Assembly: GCA_963663545.1 (NCBI GenBank) | Contig: OY760505.1 | Location: 2,976,001 to 3,040,000 of the forward strand | Direction: 5' to 3' | Length of the DNA: 64,000 nt | Source of the DNA: Candidatus Delongbacteria bacterium | GTDB lineage: Bacteria; CAIWAD01 | Shown here: positions 37,012-47,584 of the stretch, in pieces | How the letters are laid out: each line of letters starts with the position of its first letter | Position numbering within the stretch: the stretch's first letter is position 1 | Program-made: the position numbers and the translations under genes | The notes under the pieces: model-generated | What the model saw: the letters and a program-made list of their open reading frames with translations, nothing else | Told to the model about the DNA's origin: nothing | Databases searched by the model: none

Positions 37012-40000
37012 ATGAGTCACACGGGACAGTCTCCCCGGGAGCAACACCCCTTTTACGCATTTGTGACCACCAGACCTGTGGCGATGACCATGCTGGTGCT
37101 GGCGGTACTTGTCTTTGGCTGGATTTCGCTGAATCGCCTACCGCTTACTTTGATGCCGGATATCTCTTACCCGAGCGTAACCCTGCGTACTACATATGAA
37201 GGCGCAGCGCCGGAAGAAGTGGAACAATTTGTATCACGGCCCATCGAACAAGCCATGGGCGTGGTTGCGGGCAAGGTGTCCATCACCAGCATGTCACGAG
37301 CCGGGCAGAGCGACGTAGTAGTGGAGTTTGCCTGGGATTCCAACATGGATCTGGCCATCCAGGACATCCGCGAAAAGCTGGACATGGTCTGGCTGCCCGA
37401 CGATGTGGATCGCCCGTTAATTCTACGCTACGATCCTGGGTTGGACCCCGTGATGCGTTTCGGCATTGCTTCGCCCTTGCTGGATGAAGAAAGACTGAGT
37501 CCGGCTGACTTTGACCGACAGGCGCGCCAGCTTAGACTGCTGGTGGAAGAGCTGGTCAAGCCTGAGCTGGAGAAGCTTCCGGGCGTGGCTGCAGTGAAAT
37601 TGCGCGGTGGCTGGGAAGAGGAAATTCGCGTCGAGCTTTCCGAGGCGGAACTGGCCTTGCGCGGCTTGAGCATTCAAAGTATCACGCGGCAGCTGGCGGC
37701 AGAAAACGTGAATGTCGCAGGTGGTGATCTTAAGGAAGGACGCACCGAGTATCAGGTGCGTGTACTTTCCGAGTACGCCAACCTAGACGAAATCATGGCT
37801 ACGAGGCTTCGCACTTCAGATGGACGCTGGATTCGTCTGGGCGATGTAGCACACGTATCACGTGAAAGCCAGGACGCTCTTGAGTTGACGCGCGTGAATG
37901 GACGCCCTGCCGTCGAAATTGAGATTCACCGTGAGGCTGATGCCAATGTGGTGCAAGTAGCCGATGTGTTACGTCGTCGAGTGTTCGGGCCCTCTGGGCA
38001 GCCCATGCCTTTGACGCAGGTCGTTGCGGATACCAGTGCAGCAGCCGCGAAGAAGGCCAAGGCCGGAGACGATGGTGACCGACCCTGGTGGCTGGCCGGG
38101 CAGCTTGCACCCGAAGGCCTGCAGTTCTATTTGCTGGCTGACCAAAGTCGATTCATAGAGAACAGTCTAGGCGAACTACGAGATTCGGCCCTCTGGGGCG
38201 GACTCTTTGCCATTGTTGTGCTCTTCGTTTTTCTGCGCAGCCTTGGCAGTACGCTGATTGTCGCGCTGGCAATTCCGCTCTCAGTGATTGCCGCTTTCGG
38301 ACCGATGCAGATTGCGGGTCTGAGTTTGAACATCATGTCGCTGGGCGGCTTGGCGCTGGGCATCGGCATGCTGGTGGACAACGCCATTGTAGTGCTGGAA
38401 AGCATCGCTCGTTGCCGTGAAGAAGGTGACGACCCGGTTGATGCGGCCATTCGCGGGTCCGGCGAAGTGGGCCAGGCTATCTTTGCTGCCACCTTGACGA
38501 CGGTGGCCGTGTTTGCACCAATGGTTTTCGTGGAAGGTGTAGCTGGACAGATCTTCGGCGACATGGCGCAGGTGGTCGTCTACTCGCTCTGTGCTTCGCT
38601 GGTGCTGGCCATGACTTTCATTCCCATGTTGGCAGCACTCAGGGGCAATCGTCTGTCACACAGTGATACACGAGTCTTTTCATTGCGTAAAACAGTCTTC
38701 AGCATACCCTGGTGCTGGACGCGTTGCCGCAGTGGGCTCATCACTGTGACACATTGGTGGCGTGCAGGCCAGCGCATTTTGCGTGTGATACCTGCTGTTA
38801 TTGCCTGGGCCTACGTCGTGATCACTTGTTTGTTGATGGCTTACGTGGAACTGATACTACGTGTACTGGGCCTGTTTGCCTGGCTATTGACCACCTTGTT
38901 TTCCTGGCCGGTCAAGAAGGTTGCAGGTCTATTGGCGCGCATTCGACGCAAGCGTAGCGGTCCCGGGCATAGCTCCTTTTCGGCTGCCTACGAAGGCGCT
39001 TTGCGCAAGGCTTTGCGTCATCGGGGACAAGTGCTGATGGCAGCTTTCATTCCGTTGGTACTCGTTTTCTGGTTTGTCACACCGCGCATTGGCCGCGAGC
39101 TGATGCCCGTGATGCATCAGGGTGAGTTTCACATTGATTTGCGTTTGCCACTTGGAACTCCGCTTGTGCAGACAGCGAATGCTGTTCAACCCGTGGAGCG
39201 TTTTCTACGTGAGCAACCGGAAGTAAGCAGCCTGGCGCTGGTGGCCGGCAGCGACCAGTTTGGCGGACTGGATGAAGAGCAGGGAGAGCATGTAGCACGA
39301 CTTACCGTGCGCTTGAAGGACAGCCGTGATCCACTGGCGATGGAGCAACGTTTGCTGGAGCGTCTGCGCCCGCTCTTGACCTCCCTGCCCGAAGTGGAAA
39401 GCCGCGTCAGTTATCCAGTGCTCTTTAGCTTCCGCACCCCTATTGAAGTGCTAGTCCTGGGCGACAACCTCGAGCAACTCAAAATTGCCGGTGAGCGTGT
39501 GATGCAGCGGATGGAAGCCATTCCGCAACTCACTGACCTTGCAGGCGGATATCGCGAAGGTAGTCCTGAGTTACGCGTGCAATTTGATCGTGATGCACTG
39601 GGACGTCTTGGTCTTGATCTGCAATCGACCGCCGAGCTCTTGCGCAACAAACTGTTGGGAGATGTGGAGACCGAGTTCCGTGATACGGATCGTCGCGTCG
39701 ATATCCGCGTGCGTTTGCAGCGTTCCGATCTGGAAGGTGTGGATGCCGTTCGCAACCTGGTGATAAATCCAGGACAGCAGGTCCCCATACCTCTGTCGGC
39801 TGTAGCCGATGTGCAACTCGCCGAAGGGCCGGGCGAGGTACGTCGCGTCGACCAGCAACGCTGTGTTGTGATACGCGCCAACCTTAGCGGAGCCGATTTG
39901 GGTGGTGCTCTTGAGTCTATCCAGCAGCAACTTGGAAGCCTAGTGTTGCCGCGTGGTGTGACCTGGGATGTTGTCGGTCAAAGCCGCGAAATGCAGAATT

Positions 40001-40533
40001 CACTTAGCAGTCTGATGCGTGCGCTGCTGTTGGCAGTTTTCCTCGTCTATGTTGTCATGGCCAGCCAGTTCGAGAGCCTTTTGCATCCGCTGGTCATTCT
40101 GGCTTCCATTCCCTTGGCTTTTCTTGGTGTGATACCGACGCTCTGGCTCAGTGGCACCGCGCTTTCGGTGGTTGTACTGCTGGGCGCGATCATGCTGGTG
40201 GGTATTGTAGTCAATAACGCCATCATCCTGGTGGATACCATTAACCTGCATCGACGCCGCGGTCTTTCGCTCGAGGAAGCCATTCCGCACGCCGCGCGTG
40301 TTCGCCTTCGTCCCATTCTGATGACGACGACGACAACGGTGCTTGGCCTGCTGCCCTTGTTGCTGGGCATGGGCGAGGGGGCCGAGATGCGCCAGCCGAT
40401 GGCGTTGACGGTTATCGTTGGCTTGCTCACCAGCACGCTGCTAACCCTCTTTGTCATTCCATCCTTGTATCACGTCGTTGAAAGCCTGCGTGCACGTGTG
40501 ACACACTCCACTACGGGAGGTCAGGCCGGATGA
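37012..40533 (+). CDS. RND efflux permease (AcrB family), subunit 1
   Basis: RPVAMTM, GAAPEEVE, GMLVDNAIVVLE, GIVVNNAIILVD and RLRPILMT. Confidence 0.94.
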   Translation: MSHTGQSPREQHPFYAFVTTRPVAMTMLVLAVLVFGWISLNRLPLTLMPDISYPSVTLRTTYEGAAPEEVEQFVSRPIEQAMGVVAGKVSITSMSRAGQSDVVVEFAWDSNMDLAIQDIREKLDMVWLPDDVDRPLILRYDPGLDPVMRFGIASPLLDEERLSPADFDRQARQLRLLVEELVKPELEKLPGVAAVKLRGGWEEEIRVELSEAELALRGLSIQSITRQLAAENVNVAGGDLKEGRTEYQVRVLSEYANLDEIMATRLRTSDGRWIRLGDVAHVSRESQDALELTRVNGRPAVEIEIHREADANVVQVADVLRRRVFGPSGQPMPLTQVVADTSAAAAKKAKAGDDGDRPWWLAGQLAPEGLQFYLLADQSRFIENSLGELRDSALWGGLFAIVVLFVFLRSLGSTLIVALAIPLSVIAAFGPMQIAGLSLNIMSLGGLALGIGMLVDNAIVVLESIARCREEGDDPVDAAIRGSGEVGQAIFAATLTTVAVFAPMVFVEGVAGQIFGDMAQVVVYSLCASLVLAMTFIPMLAALRGNRLSHSDTRVFSLRKTVFSIPWCWTRCRSGLITVTHWWRAGQRILRVIPAVIAWAYVVITCLLMAYVELILRVLGLFAWLLTTLFSWPVKKVAGLLARIRRKRSGPGHSSFSAAYEGALRKALRHRGQVLMAAFIPLVLVFWFVTPRIGRELMPVMHQGEFHIDLRLPLGTPLVQTANAVQPVERFLREQPEVSSLALVAGSDQFGGLDEEQGEHVARLTVRLKDSRDPLAMEQRLLERLRPLLTSLPEVESRVSYPVLFSFRTPIEVLVLGDNLEQLKIAGERVMQRMEAIPQLTDLAGGYREGSPELRVQFDRDALGRLGLDLQSTAELLRNKLLGDVETEFRDTDRRVDIRVRLQRSDLEGVDAVRNLVINPGQQVPIPLSAVADVQLAEGPGEVRRVDQQRCVVIRANLSGADLGGALESIQQQLGSLVLPRGVTWDVVGQSREMQNSLSSLMRALLLAVFLVYVVMASQFESLLHPLVILASIPLAFLGVIPTLWLSGTALSVVVLLGAIMLVGIVVNNAIILVDTINLHRRRGLSLEEAIPHAARVRLRPILMTTTTTVLGLLPLLLGMGEGAEMRQPMALTVIVGLLTSTLLTLFVIPSLYHVVESLRARVTHSTTGGQAG

Positions 40534-43500
40534 AGCTCGACCGCCTGCTTCCTGAATTCTCCATGCGGCGTCCCGTAACCATTCTGATGGTGTTTGCCGC
40601 GCTGATTCTCACCGGTATCATTGCCATGAAGCGCTTGCCGCTGGAGATGATGCCAGCCGGATTCAGCAATCCCTACCTCGGCTTCTGGGTGCCCTACCGT
40701 GATTCCGCACCTTTTGAAGTGGAGCAGGAGATCGCTCATCCTTTTGAAGAAAACCTGCGCTCGATTCATGGCCTGCGTCGTGTCGAAACCAACAGCCATC
40801 GCAACGGCTGCTGGGTCTGGATGGAGTTCCGTGACGGTACCGACATGGATCAAGCCTGGAGCACCACGCGTGATCGCATTGATCGGACTCTGGCAGAGCT
40901 CAGCGTGGATATCGACCGCGTTCAGCTGCGTCGCATGGGGATGGAAGACGACGAGATTTTCTTCATGGGAATCTCGTCGGACATGGCCTTGGCGGATGCG
41001 CGGCAGCTTGTTGAAGACGAATTGTTGGAGCGCATCGAGCGTCTGGACGGGGTAGCACGCGTCGATATGTGGGGCGCGGGGGGCATTGATGTCCTCATCG
41101 ATCTGGATCTGGAGGCGATGGGCCGCCACAGCGTCAGCTCCTGGGATGTAGTACGAACCCTGTCGCAAGACAATTTCGCCCTGTCCTGCGGTACCATTGA
41201 CGAAAGTACGCATCGACTGAGCGTGCGCGTTGACAATCGCTGGAACACGGTAGACGAGCTTCGTGCTGTACCCATTCAATGTGGCGGTGATACACCCATC
41301 ACTTTGCGTCTGGACGATGTAGCCGATGTGCATCTCGGTACGCCGGAGCGCTTTTGGACACAGCGTATCGACGAAAGTCCGGCACTACTCCTGGATGTGA
41401 TACGCGAGAGTAGCGGTAACACAGAGGAAATTTGTCGCGAGATTAATGCGCTCGTCGAAGAGGCAAAAACGCGACCTGGCATGGAACACATGCAAATGAG
41501 CACCCTCTTCAGTCAGGGTGAGATCATTCGCGAATCCATGAATAACCTGCTATCAAGTGCGATGTGGGGCGGCTTCTTTGCGCTGTTGGTGCTCTTCTAC
41601 TTCTTGCGGCGCTGGCGTGCTACACTGGTGGTGACAGCGGCTATTCCTTTCTGCATTCTGGTAGCGCTGATCGCCATCTATTTCCTGGGCTGGTCGCTGA
41701 ATCTGATTACAATGATGGGGCTGATGATCTCTGTTGGCATGGTGGTGGACAACGCCATCGTAGTGATGGAGAGCATCAGTATTGCGCCCCAAAACTGCAG
41801 CCGCCGAGAAGCATGTATCACAGGAACAGCCGAAGTCAGTTTGGCGGTGACGGTGGCCACGCTGACCAGTATCGTCGTTTTTCTGCCTTTGATGCTGATG
41901 AGCGGTGACAGCAACCTTTCCTTCTTTCTTGTTCGCATCGGTATGCCGGTTGTAGTCAGCTTGCTGGCTTCGCTGGGAGTGGCATTACTATTTATTCCCC
42001 AACTCAGCGCGCGTCTTCATGTACAACAACTGGATCGCGAACCGCGTCTTGTAGCACGTGCGCGACGTATCACGGAGCGAGCTTTGAATTGGGCTTTGCA
42101 TCACCGCTTTGATGCAACACTCATCGCGCTTGCGTTGCTTATGTCCATGGGCGTACCCATGTCAAAGGTGCAGAAGACGGGCGAAGGGCAGGGGCACATC
42201 AATGACTTCCATATCATCGTGGATATGCCAGCCAGCTATGTGGCTGATGATTCCCGGCGCGTCGTGGAGCAGATCGAAGATCTGGTGTACGCACGTGCGG
42301 AGGAGTACGATCTAAAAACCGTGACCGCGCGTTATGCGGCACATCAGGCGCACATTCACGTCTGGCTGAAGACAGACGCTCGAGAGTCGTGGTATGCTTA
42401 CGCGCTACGAAATGTGCTGGAGAAGACCGGTCTGAAGAAGCATCGGCGCATGAGCCGCGACGAAGTGCTGGAAGACGTCAAGGAGAAGATGCCCGAGATT
42501 CCCGGCGTAGCCGTGCGCTGGAGCTATCGAGACTCCGGTGGCGGCGATGCCACCAACGTATTGCTGATCGGACCGGACACGGATCACCTGAAAACTCTGG
42601 CAGACGAAGTACAGAGGCGTCTGCGCGAGATGGACGAAGTGGTTGACACCGAGCTCAACGTTGAGCAGGGCGAAGAGGAGTTGCAGCTCCATCTGGATCG
42701 TGACGCTCTGGATCGCACCGGAGTCAGCGCACGCAATCTGGCGGGCATGATTCGTTACAGTCTGGCGGGAGAGCGCATCAGCTATCTGAAGCAGGGCGAG
42801 AGTGATCTGGATATCCTTGTGCGACTGGCGGAAGAGGACCGCGACCAGCTGCACAAACTGGGGCAGCTGCAGATGAGTTTGCCTGAGGGCGGAACCGTGC
42901 CCATTTCCGAGTTGATGACGCCAGTGCACGAACGCGCGCTGGGGAGTATCACGCGCACGCAAGGACGCACCTTCATGCGTATTCGTGTGTACAGCTCCAA
43001 CAAGGATCTGAGCGGGTTCAACGATCGCATCAGCAAAGCGCTGCAGGGGTTTGAAATGCCCGCTGGCTACGCATGGGGCTTCGGCTACGGTTTCGATCGT
43101 TTTCAGGAGCAAGAAAAGAGTCGCAACCACGCCACCTGGCTGGCCATCTGTTTTGTCTTTCTATTGATGGGCATGCTCTTCGAATCCTTCCTTTTACCGC
43201 TGTGCATTTTAGCGTCCATTCCCTTCGCCTTTTTCGGCGCCTGGTGGACCTTATTCCTGACTAAAACTCCCTTCGATATTATGGCGGGCATCGGCCTGAT
43301 CATTCTGGTGGGCGTTGTGGTGAACAATGCCATTGTGCTGGTGGATTGCGTGCAACACTTGCGCGCCGAGGGAGTTGATCGCGAAGAGGCGCTGCGTGAG
43401 GCTGTATCACGCCGTTTCCGCCCGGTGATGATGACTGCGGCGACTACGATCTGCGGACTGATTCCCATGGCGATCGGCAATGCTGCCTTGATCGGTATGC

Positions 43501-43652
43501 CCTATGCGCCAATGGGTCGCGCCATGGCTGGCGGTTTGCTGACGTCGACTTTTTTCACGCTGCTGGTTGTGCCTTTGCTCTATTGCTGGATCGATGATGC
43601 TCGCAAGGGGACAAGTTCCTTCCTTGGAAGGCTGTGGAAGCGAACCCGCTAG
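40530..43652 (+). CDS. RND efflux permease (AcrB family), subunit 2
   Basis: RRPVTILM, GMVVDNAIVVME, GVVVNNAIVLVD and RFRPVMMT. Confidence 0.94.
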   Translation: MKLDRLLPEFSMRRPVTILMVFAALILTGIIAMKRLPLEMMPAGFSNPYLGFWVPYRDSAPFEVEQEIAHPFEENLRSIHGLRRVETNSHRNGCWVWMEFRDGTDMDQAWSTTRDRIDRTLAELSVDIDRVQLRRMGMEDDEIFFMGISSDMALADARQLVEDELLERIERLDGVARVDMWGAGGIDVLIDLDLEAMGRHSVSSWDVVRTLSQDNFALSCGTIDESTHRLSVRVDNRWNTVDELRAVPIQCGGDTPITLRLDDVADVHLGTPERFWTQRIDESPALLLDVIRESSGNTEEICREINALVEEAKTRPGMEHMQMSTLFSQGEIIRESMNNLLSSAMWGGFFALLVLFYFLRRWRATLVVTAAIPFCILVALIAIYFLGWSLNLITMMGLMISVGMVVDNAIVVMESISIAPQNCSRREACITGTAEVSLAVTVATLTSIVVFLPLMLMSGDSNLSFFLVRIGMPVVVSLLASLGVALLFIPQLSARLHVQQLDREPRLVARARRITERALNWALHHRFDATLIALALLMSMGVPMSKVQKTGEGQGHINDFHIIVDMPASYVADDSRRVVEQIEDLVYARAEEYDLKTVTARYAAHQAHIHVWLKTDARESWYAYALRNVLEKTGLKKHRRMSRDEVLEDVKEKMPEIPGVAVRWSYRDSGGGDATNVLLIGPDTDHLKTLADEVQRRLREMDEVVDTELNVEQGEEELQLHLDRDALDRTGVSARNLAGMIRYSLAGERISYLKQGESDLDILVRLAEEDRDQLHKLGQLQMSLPEGGTVPISELMTPVHERALGSITRTQGRTFMRIRVYSSNKDLSGFNDRISKALQGFEMPAGYAWGFGYGFDRFQEQEKSRNHATWLAICFVFLLMGMLFESFLLPLCILASIPFAFFGAWWTLFLTKTPFDIMAGIGLIILVGVVVNNAIVLVDCVQHLRAEGVDREEALREAVSRRFRPVMMTAATTICGLIPMAIGNAALIGMPYAPMGRAMAGGLLTSTFFTLLVVPLLYCWIDDARKGTSSFLGRLWKRTR

Positions 43653-43703
43653 AGCGTTAACAAAAGTGGCATTGTAGTCAGTTGTGATACACAGGTACGG
43701 ATC

Positions 43704-44354
43704 ATGCGAAAACCTGAACCCTTGCGAACACACGATTTCACGTTGCAAAACGGCGACTTGCTGCTTCGCACACTGCGTAGGGACGATTTCCGGTACCTGC
43801 GCCGTTGGGGGCGCGATCGCAAAGTGATGTGCACCTTGTTTCCCGACAAACCTGGTGCAGGGCTTTTACAGCGTGTGATGAAATGGCTACTCTCGCCGCG
43901 CATTCTGGAGCTGGTTTTTGGCGGCATTTCCCAGGCTGGTTATAGCTTCTTCATCGAATCAAATGGTAGGGCTGTCGGCATTACCGGCGCCTGGTGTGTC
44001 GAGGAGCAGGAGCGCGTCTGGCGAGTGCCGATCGTAATTGGCGAGAAATCGATTTGGGGAATGGGCTACGGCACGCGCGCCATTCGACTACTGACGGAAT
44101 TCCTGACCAGGGAGCTGCAGGCTGGGGTTATTGTGGCTGGCGATATTCTGGAGACCAATGAGCGAAGCCTGCGCCTATTCCGCTCCTGTGGTTTTGCTGA
44201 TGTATCACCAGAGGACGCGCGCTACTACAGCGGCCTTTCCAGCTTCGTCCCGCCCGGGAAAGCGACAGAGCGACGCAAGCAAGAGGATGTGGATTCTTCT
44301 GTCTTGAACACAGTGACCTTGGTCTACCGGGTTCCGGAAGAGGGCGGCCAGTAG
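43704..44354 (+). CDS. GNAT (RimJ/RimL-like) acetyltransferase
   Basis: IGEKSIWGMGYGTRA and NERSLRLFRSCGF. Confidence 0.85.
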   Translation: MRKPEPLRTHDFTLQNGDLLLRTLRRDDFRYLRRWGRDRKVMCTLFPDKPGAGLLQRVMKWLLSPRILELVFGGISQAGYSFFIESNGRAVGITGAWCVEEQERVWRVPIVIGEKSIWGMGYGTRAIRLLTEFLTRELQAGVIVAGDILETNERSLRLFRSCGFADVSPEDARYYSGLSSFVPPGKATERRKQEDVDSSVLNTVTLVYRVPEEGGQ

Positions 44355-44497
44355 CATCTGTAACTCGATCCACTAGGCTACCGGGACGCAAGTGGGACAC
44401 GGGGAATTCAATTCTCAAGCCTCAGTTTTTGTGACACGCAGTGTTCTTTTCTCCTTTATCTTCATAGTGAGAATTCGGGATTGCCCGGGAGGTCGTC

Positions 44498-44983
44498 ATG
44501 CGGGACAGCGTTCTTGCCCAGTTGGCCAATCGTCCCCTGTGGCATTGGCTCGTATTTGGGCTTGTCATATCTGAGCTCTTGACCTTGTTTGTCAGCCTTC
44601 TTGTATCACATGCACTGTGGGGTAGCATGCCCTGGCAGGTGCTCATTATTGGTATTGTGGATTCCCTGCTTGTGTCCTTTGTCATCGTCAGTCTGTTGTT
44701 GCTACTGCTGCGCGCCATTCGACGGCTGAACACCCGACTTGAGGAGCGCAACCATGAGCTGACCGCGGCACTGGCAGAAATCAAAACCTTGCGTGGTATA
44801 CTGCCCATCTGCAGCTACTGCAAACAGATTCGCAACGACAAGGGCTACTACGAGCAGATCGAGACCTATCTGCTGAAGAACTCAGCTGTGGATTTCAGTC
44901 ACACTATCTGTCCTGATTGCGCTGAGAAGCATTTCCCGGGCATGAGTGCTACCCAAACGGAAAACCCCTCACATCCGCATTAG
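44498..44983 (+). CDS. Two-TM protein with coiled coil and C-terminal CxxC..CxxC domain
   Basis: Two hydrophobic helices, ELTAALAEIKTLRGILPICSYCKQIR and FSHTICPDC. Confidence 0.85.
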   Translation: MRDSVLAQLANRPLWHWLVFGLVISELLTLFVSLLVSHALWGSMPWQVLIIGIVDSLLVSFVIVSLLLLLLRAIRRLNTRLEERNHELTAALAEIKTLRGILPICSYCKQIRNDKGYYEQIETYLLKNSAVDFSHTICPDCAEKHFPGMSATQTENPSHPH

Positions 44984-45025
44984 AATCGGCTACCAACAGC
45001 GTATCACAACTTTCGGAGAGAGAGC

Positions 45026-45787
45026 ATGCCCCATTATCAGCACGACGACTTGAACCTGTTTTACCGCGAGGAGGGCAGCGGCCCTCTGCTCTTGATTTTG
45101 CCTGGCAATACTGCGAGTTCTGCGTGTCACACCGGCGAGCTGGAGTATTTCGGTCGCTACTGCCATGCCGTGTCACCGGATTTCCGGGGCACCGGTCAGT
45201 CGGACCGTCTGCCCGTTTGGACACGCGACTGGTGGGAGAAGTGCACCGACGATCTGGCTGCGTTGTTGCGTCACATGGAGGAGTCCCAGTGCTACGTAAT
45301 CGGCACCAGTGGCGGCGGGAGCATCGCATTGCTTCTGGCCCTTCGCTATCCAGAACTTGTTCAAGGCGTAATTGCTGACAGTTGCGTGGAGGTCTTTCCA
45401 CAGGACAACCTGCGTAAAGAAGTCGCTGACCGGGCGGCGCAAAGAGTGGACCAAGTGGAGTTCTGGCGTTGTGCACACGGCGACAATTGGGAGAATGTGA
45501 TACAGGCGGACAGCCATTTATTGCTGGAGCTGGCTGAGCACGGCGGTGATGTGTTCCACGGAAGACTGCACGAACTGCAGTGCCCGGTTCTGCTCACGGG
45601 AAGTCTGTGTGATACACTGATTCCCACTCTGGCAAAGCAGCAGCTGCACATGGCCGAGCAGATCCGCGAATGCAGCCTTTACCATGGGGATCACGGCGAT
45701 CATCCCTTCCTGTGGACCTCGCCGGATGATTTTCGTCGCGTGGCTGACCAGTACCTTGGGAAGTGGATCGAGAGACACGAAGTGTGA
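45026..45787 (+). CDS. Alpha/beta hydrolase
   Basis: DFRGTGQS, nucleophile elbow GTSGG and a C-terminal His (GDHP). Confidence 0.9.
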   Translation: MPHYQHDDLNLFYREEGSGPLLLILPGNTASSACHTGELEYFGRYCHAVSPDFRGTGQSDRLPVWTRDWWEKCTDDLAALLRHMEESQCYVIGTSGGGSIALLLALRYPELVQGVIADSCVEVFPQDNLRKEVADRAAQRVDQVEFWRCAHGDNWENVIQADSHLLLELAEHGGDVFHGRLHELQCPVLLTGSLCDTLIPTLAKQQLHMAEQIRECSLYHGDHGDHPFLWTSPDDFRRVADQYLGKWIERHEV

Positions 45788-45870
45788 GCAGGAGCCGGAC
45801 GGGCGCGGAACTGTGCCGCTGGCTGATTCACTAGTCTGCAGGTTTGTTCACTGATTGAGTAGGAGAGACC

Positions 45871-46560
45871 ATGAAGAAGTATGCGGCTGAGTTTTTCGGC
45901 ACCTTCTGGCTGGTGCTGGGCGGTTGTGGTAGTGCCGTGTTGGCGGCGGCATTCCCGCATGTTGGCATAGGTCTGTTGGGAGTGTCACTTGCCTTTGGCT
46001 TGACGGTGCTGACCATGGCCTTTGCCATCGGGCACATCTCCGGATGCCATCTTAATCCGGCGGTATCCGTTGGTTTGTGGGCCGGTGGGCGTTTCCCGGC
46101 AAGCGATCTGCTGCCCTACATTGTATCACAGGTGTTGGGAGCGGTTGCTGCGGGAGGCGTGCTGTATCTCATCGCCAGCGGCAAGGCGGGTTTTGACCTC
46201 GCTGGCGGCTTCGCCTCCAATGGCTACGGCACGCATTCGCCCGGCGGCTATTCTTTGCTTGCCGCGCTGGTCTGCGAAGTGGTGATGACCATGATGTTCC
46301 TGCTGGTCATCATGGGCGCGACGGACAAGAAGGCTCCGCAGGGCTTCGCGCCCATTGCCATCGGCCTTTGCCTGACGCTGATCCACCTGATTTCCATCCC
46401 TGTGACCAACACCTCCGTGAATCCCGCGCGTAGCACAGGCGTGGCAATCTTTGTCGGCGGTTGGGCGCTGGCGCAGCTCTGGCTGTTTTGGATCGCACCA
46501 ATAGTGGGTGGTGTGCTTGGGGCCTTGGTGTACCGTTTGCTCGGTAGCAACAGGCAATAA
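45871..46560 (+). CDS. aqpZ: Aquaporin Z
   Basis: [17 protein letters not shown] and two NPA boxes ([13 protein letters not shown]). Confidence 0.97.
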   Translation: MKKYAAEFFGTFWLVLGGCGSAVLAAAFPHVGIGLLGVSLAFGLTVLTMAFAIGHISGCHLNPAVSVGLWAGGRFPASDLLPYIVSQVLGAVAAGGVLYLIASGKAGFDLAGGFASNGYGTHSPGGYSLLAALVCEVVMTMMFLLVIMGATDKKAPQGFAPIAIGLCLTLIHLISIPVTNTSVNPARSTGVAIFVGGWALAQLWLFWIAPIVGGVLGALVYRLLGSNRQ

Positions 46561-46566
46561 GTGGTA

Positions 46567-46593
46567 GTCCCCTTGGTCTTGCTCCAAGGGGAC
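46567..46593 (+). terminator. Hairpin after aqpZ
   Basis: GTCCCCTTGG...CCAAGGGGAC perfect 10-bp stem with a weak U-tract. Confidence 0.45.
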
Positions 46594-46708
46594 ATCCTTG
46601 ATTCATCCCCTTGGTGATATCTGTGGAGTTCACACAGAGCCGCGATCGTGTTACTGAGAGCATACCTCAAGTAGCGAGCTATCCGCAGACGTGATACGAG
46701 GAACCGAA

Positions 46709-46969
46709 ATGGAGGAACAGGTGAGTCTGCTTGTAGTACGCGACTTTTTCATGTGGTGCACTATCATTGATGCTGCCCTTCTGCTGCTTAGCTTTCTGCT
46801 GCTAATCGCAGCCGGAGACTTCGTCTATCGCATGCACAGTCGCTGGTTTCCCATGCCGCGGGAGACTTTCAATGCAGTGTTGTATTCCTTTCTAGAGGGC
46901 TTCAAGGTGCTGGTCTTCGTCTTCAATCTGGTGCCCTACATCGCTCTTGTGATACTGACAAAGGTGTAA
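46709..46969 (+). CDS. Small membrane protein (DUF6868-like)
   Basis: FFMWCTII..., YRMHSRWF and FKVLVFVFNLVPYIAL. Family recalled from memory. Confidence 0.75.
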   Translation: MEEQVSLLVVRDFFMWCTIIDAALLLLSFLLLIAAGDFVYRMHSRWFPMPRETFNAVLYSFLEGFKVLVFVFNLVPYIALVILTKV

Positions 46970-47162
46970 GCGGCAGCAAATTCGGCAGTCGTTGTCCCGC
47001 AGTTGGGAAAGGCGAACGGCGATTAACAGGCCTCTTGTAGAGGACTCCCCGTCTTGTGCTAAACCGGGACAAAAAGAAGATACGCGTTTCCTGACTGTCT
47101 CCCGCGCACTGCTTCTCACATGTAGATCGAGACACATAGACGAAGTGTGAACGGATATAATA

Positions 47163-47468
47163 ATGGTACGACTCCGGACACCCGTTAGACTCTGGCAGTG
47201 GCTAATGCCCGGCAGACTGAAAGACGGAAACGCCTTGCGCTACCTGGCCGAACTGCTCATCGTCTTTGCAGGCGTGTACGCCGCCTTCCTATTGGACGAT
47301 GTGAGACAGGATCACCGTAACACGCAGAAGAGTCATCCGATTCAGCTGAGCTTGTTGCGACAGATGCCGCTGAGGTGCTGGAGCTGAATGGCAAGACAGC
47401 CGAGGCAGACACTTTACGGCGGCGACTTGCGGAGTCGCACGAAAAGAATGCTATCCAGTCACAGTAAG
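47163..47468 (+). pseudogene. Possible truncated/frameshifted membrane-anchored gene fragment
   Basis: RYLAELLIVFAGVYAAFLLDDVRQ looks like the N-terminal anchor of longer proteins. The ORF stops at 47387, while another frame reads AELVATDAAEVLELNGK...QSQ to 47468. Confidence 0.35.
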
Positions 47469-47584
47469 ACCCCCCGTTAAAGACCAAACATAAGGCAGCC
47501 ATGTTTGCCAGCGGCTCGACTGTACGCTACAATGTTAGTCAATGCGAACAATAACTGATATCAGCTAACATTGGAGCGTGGAGC

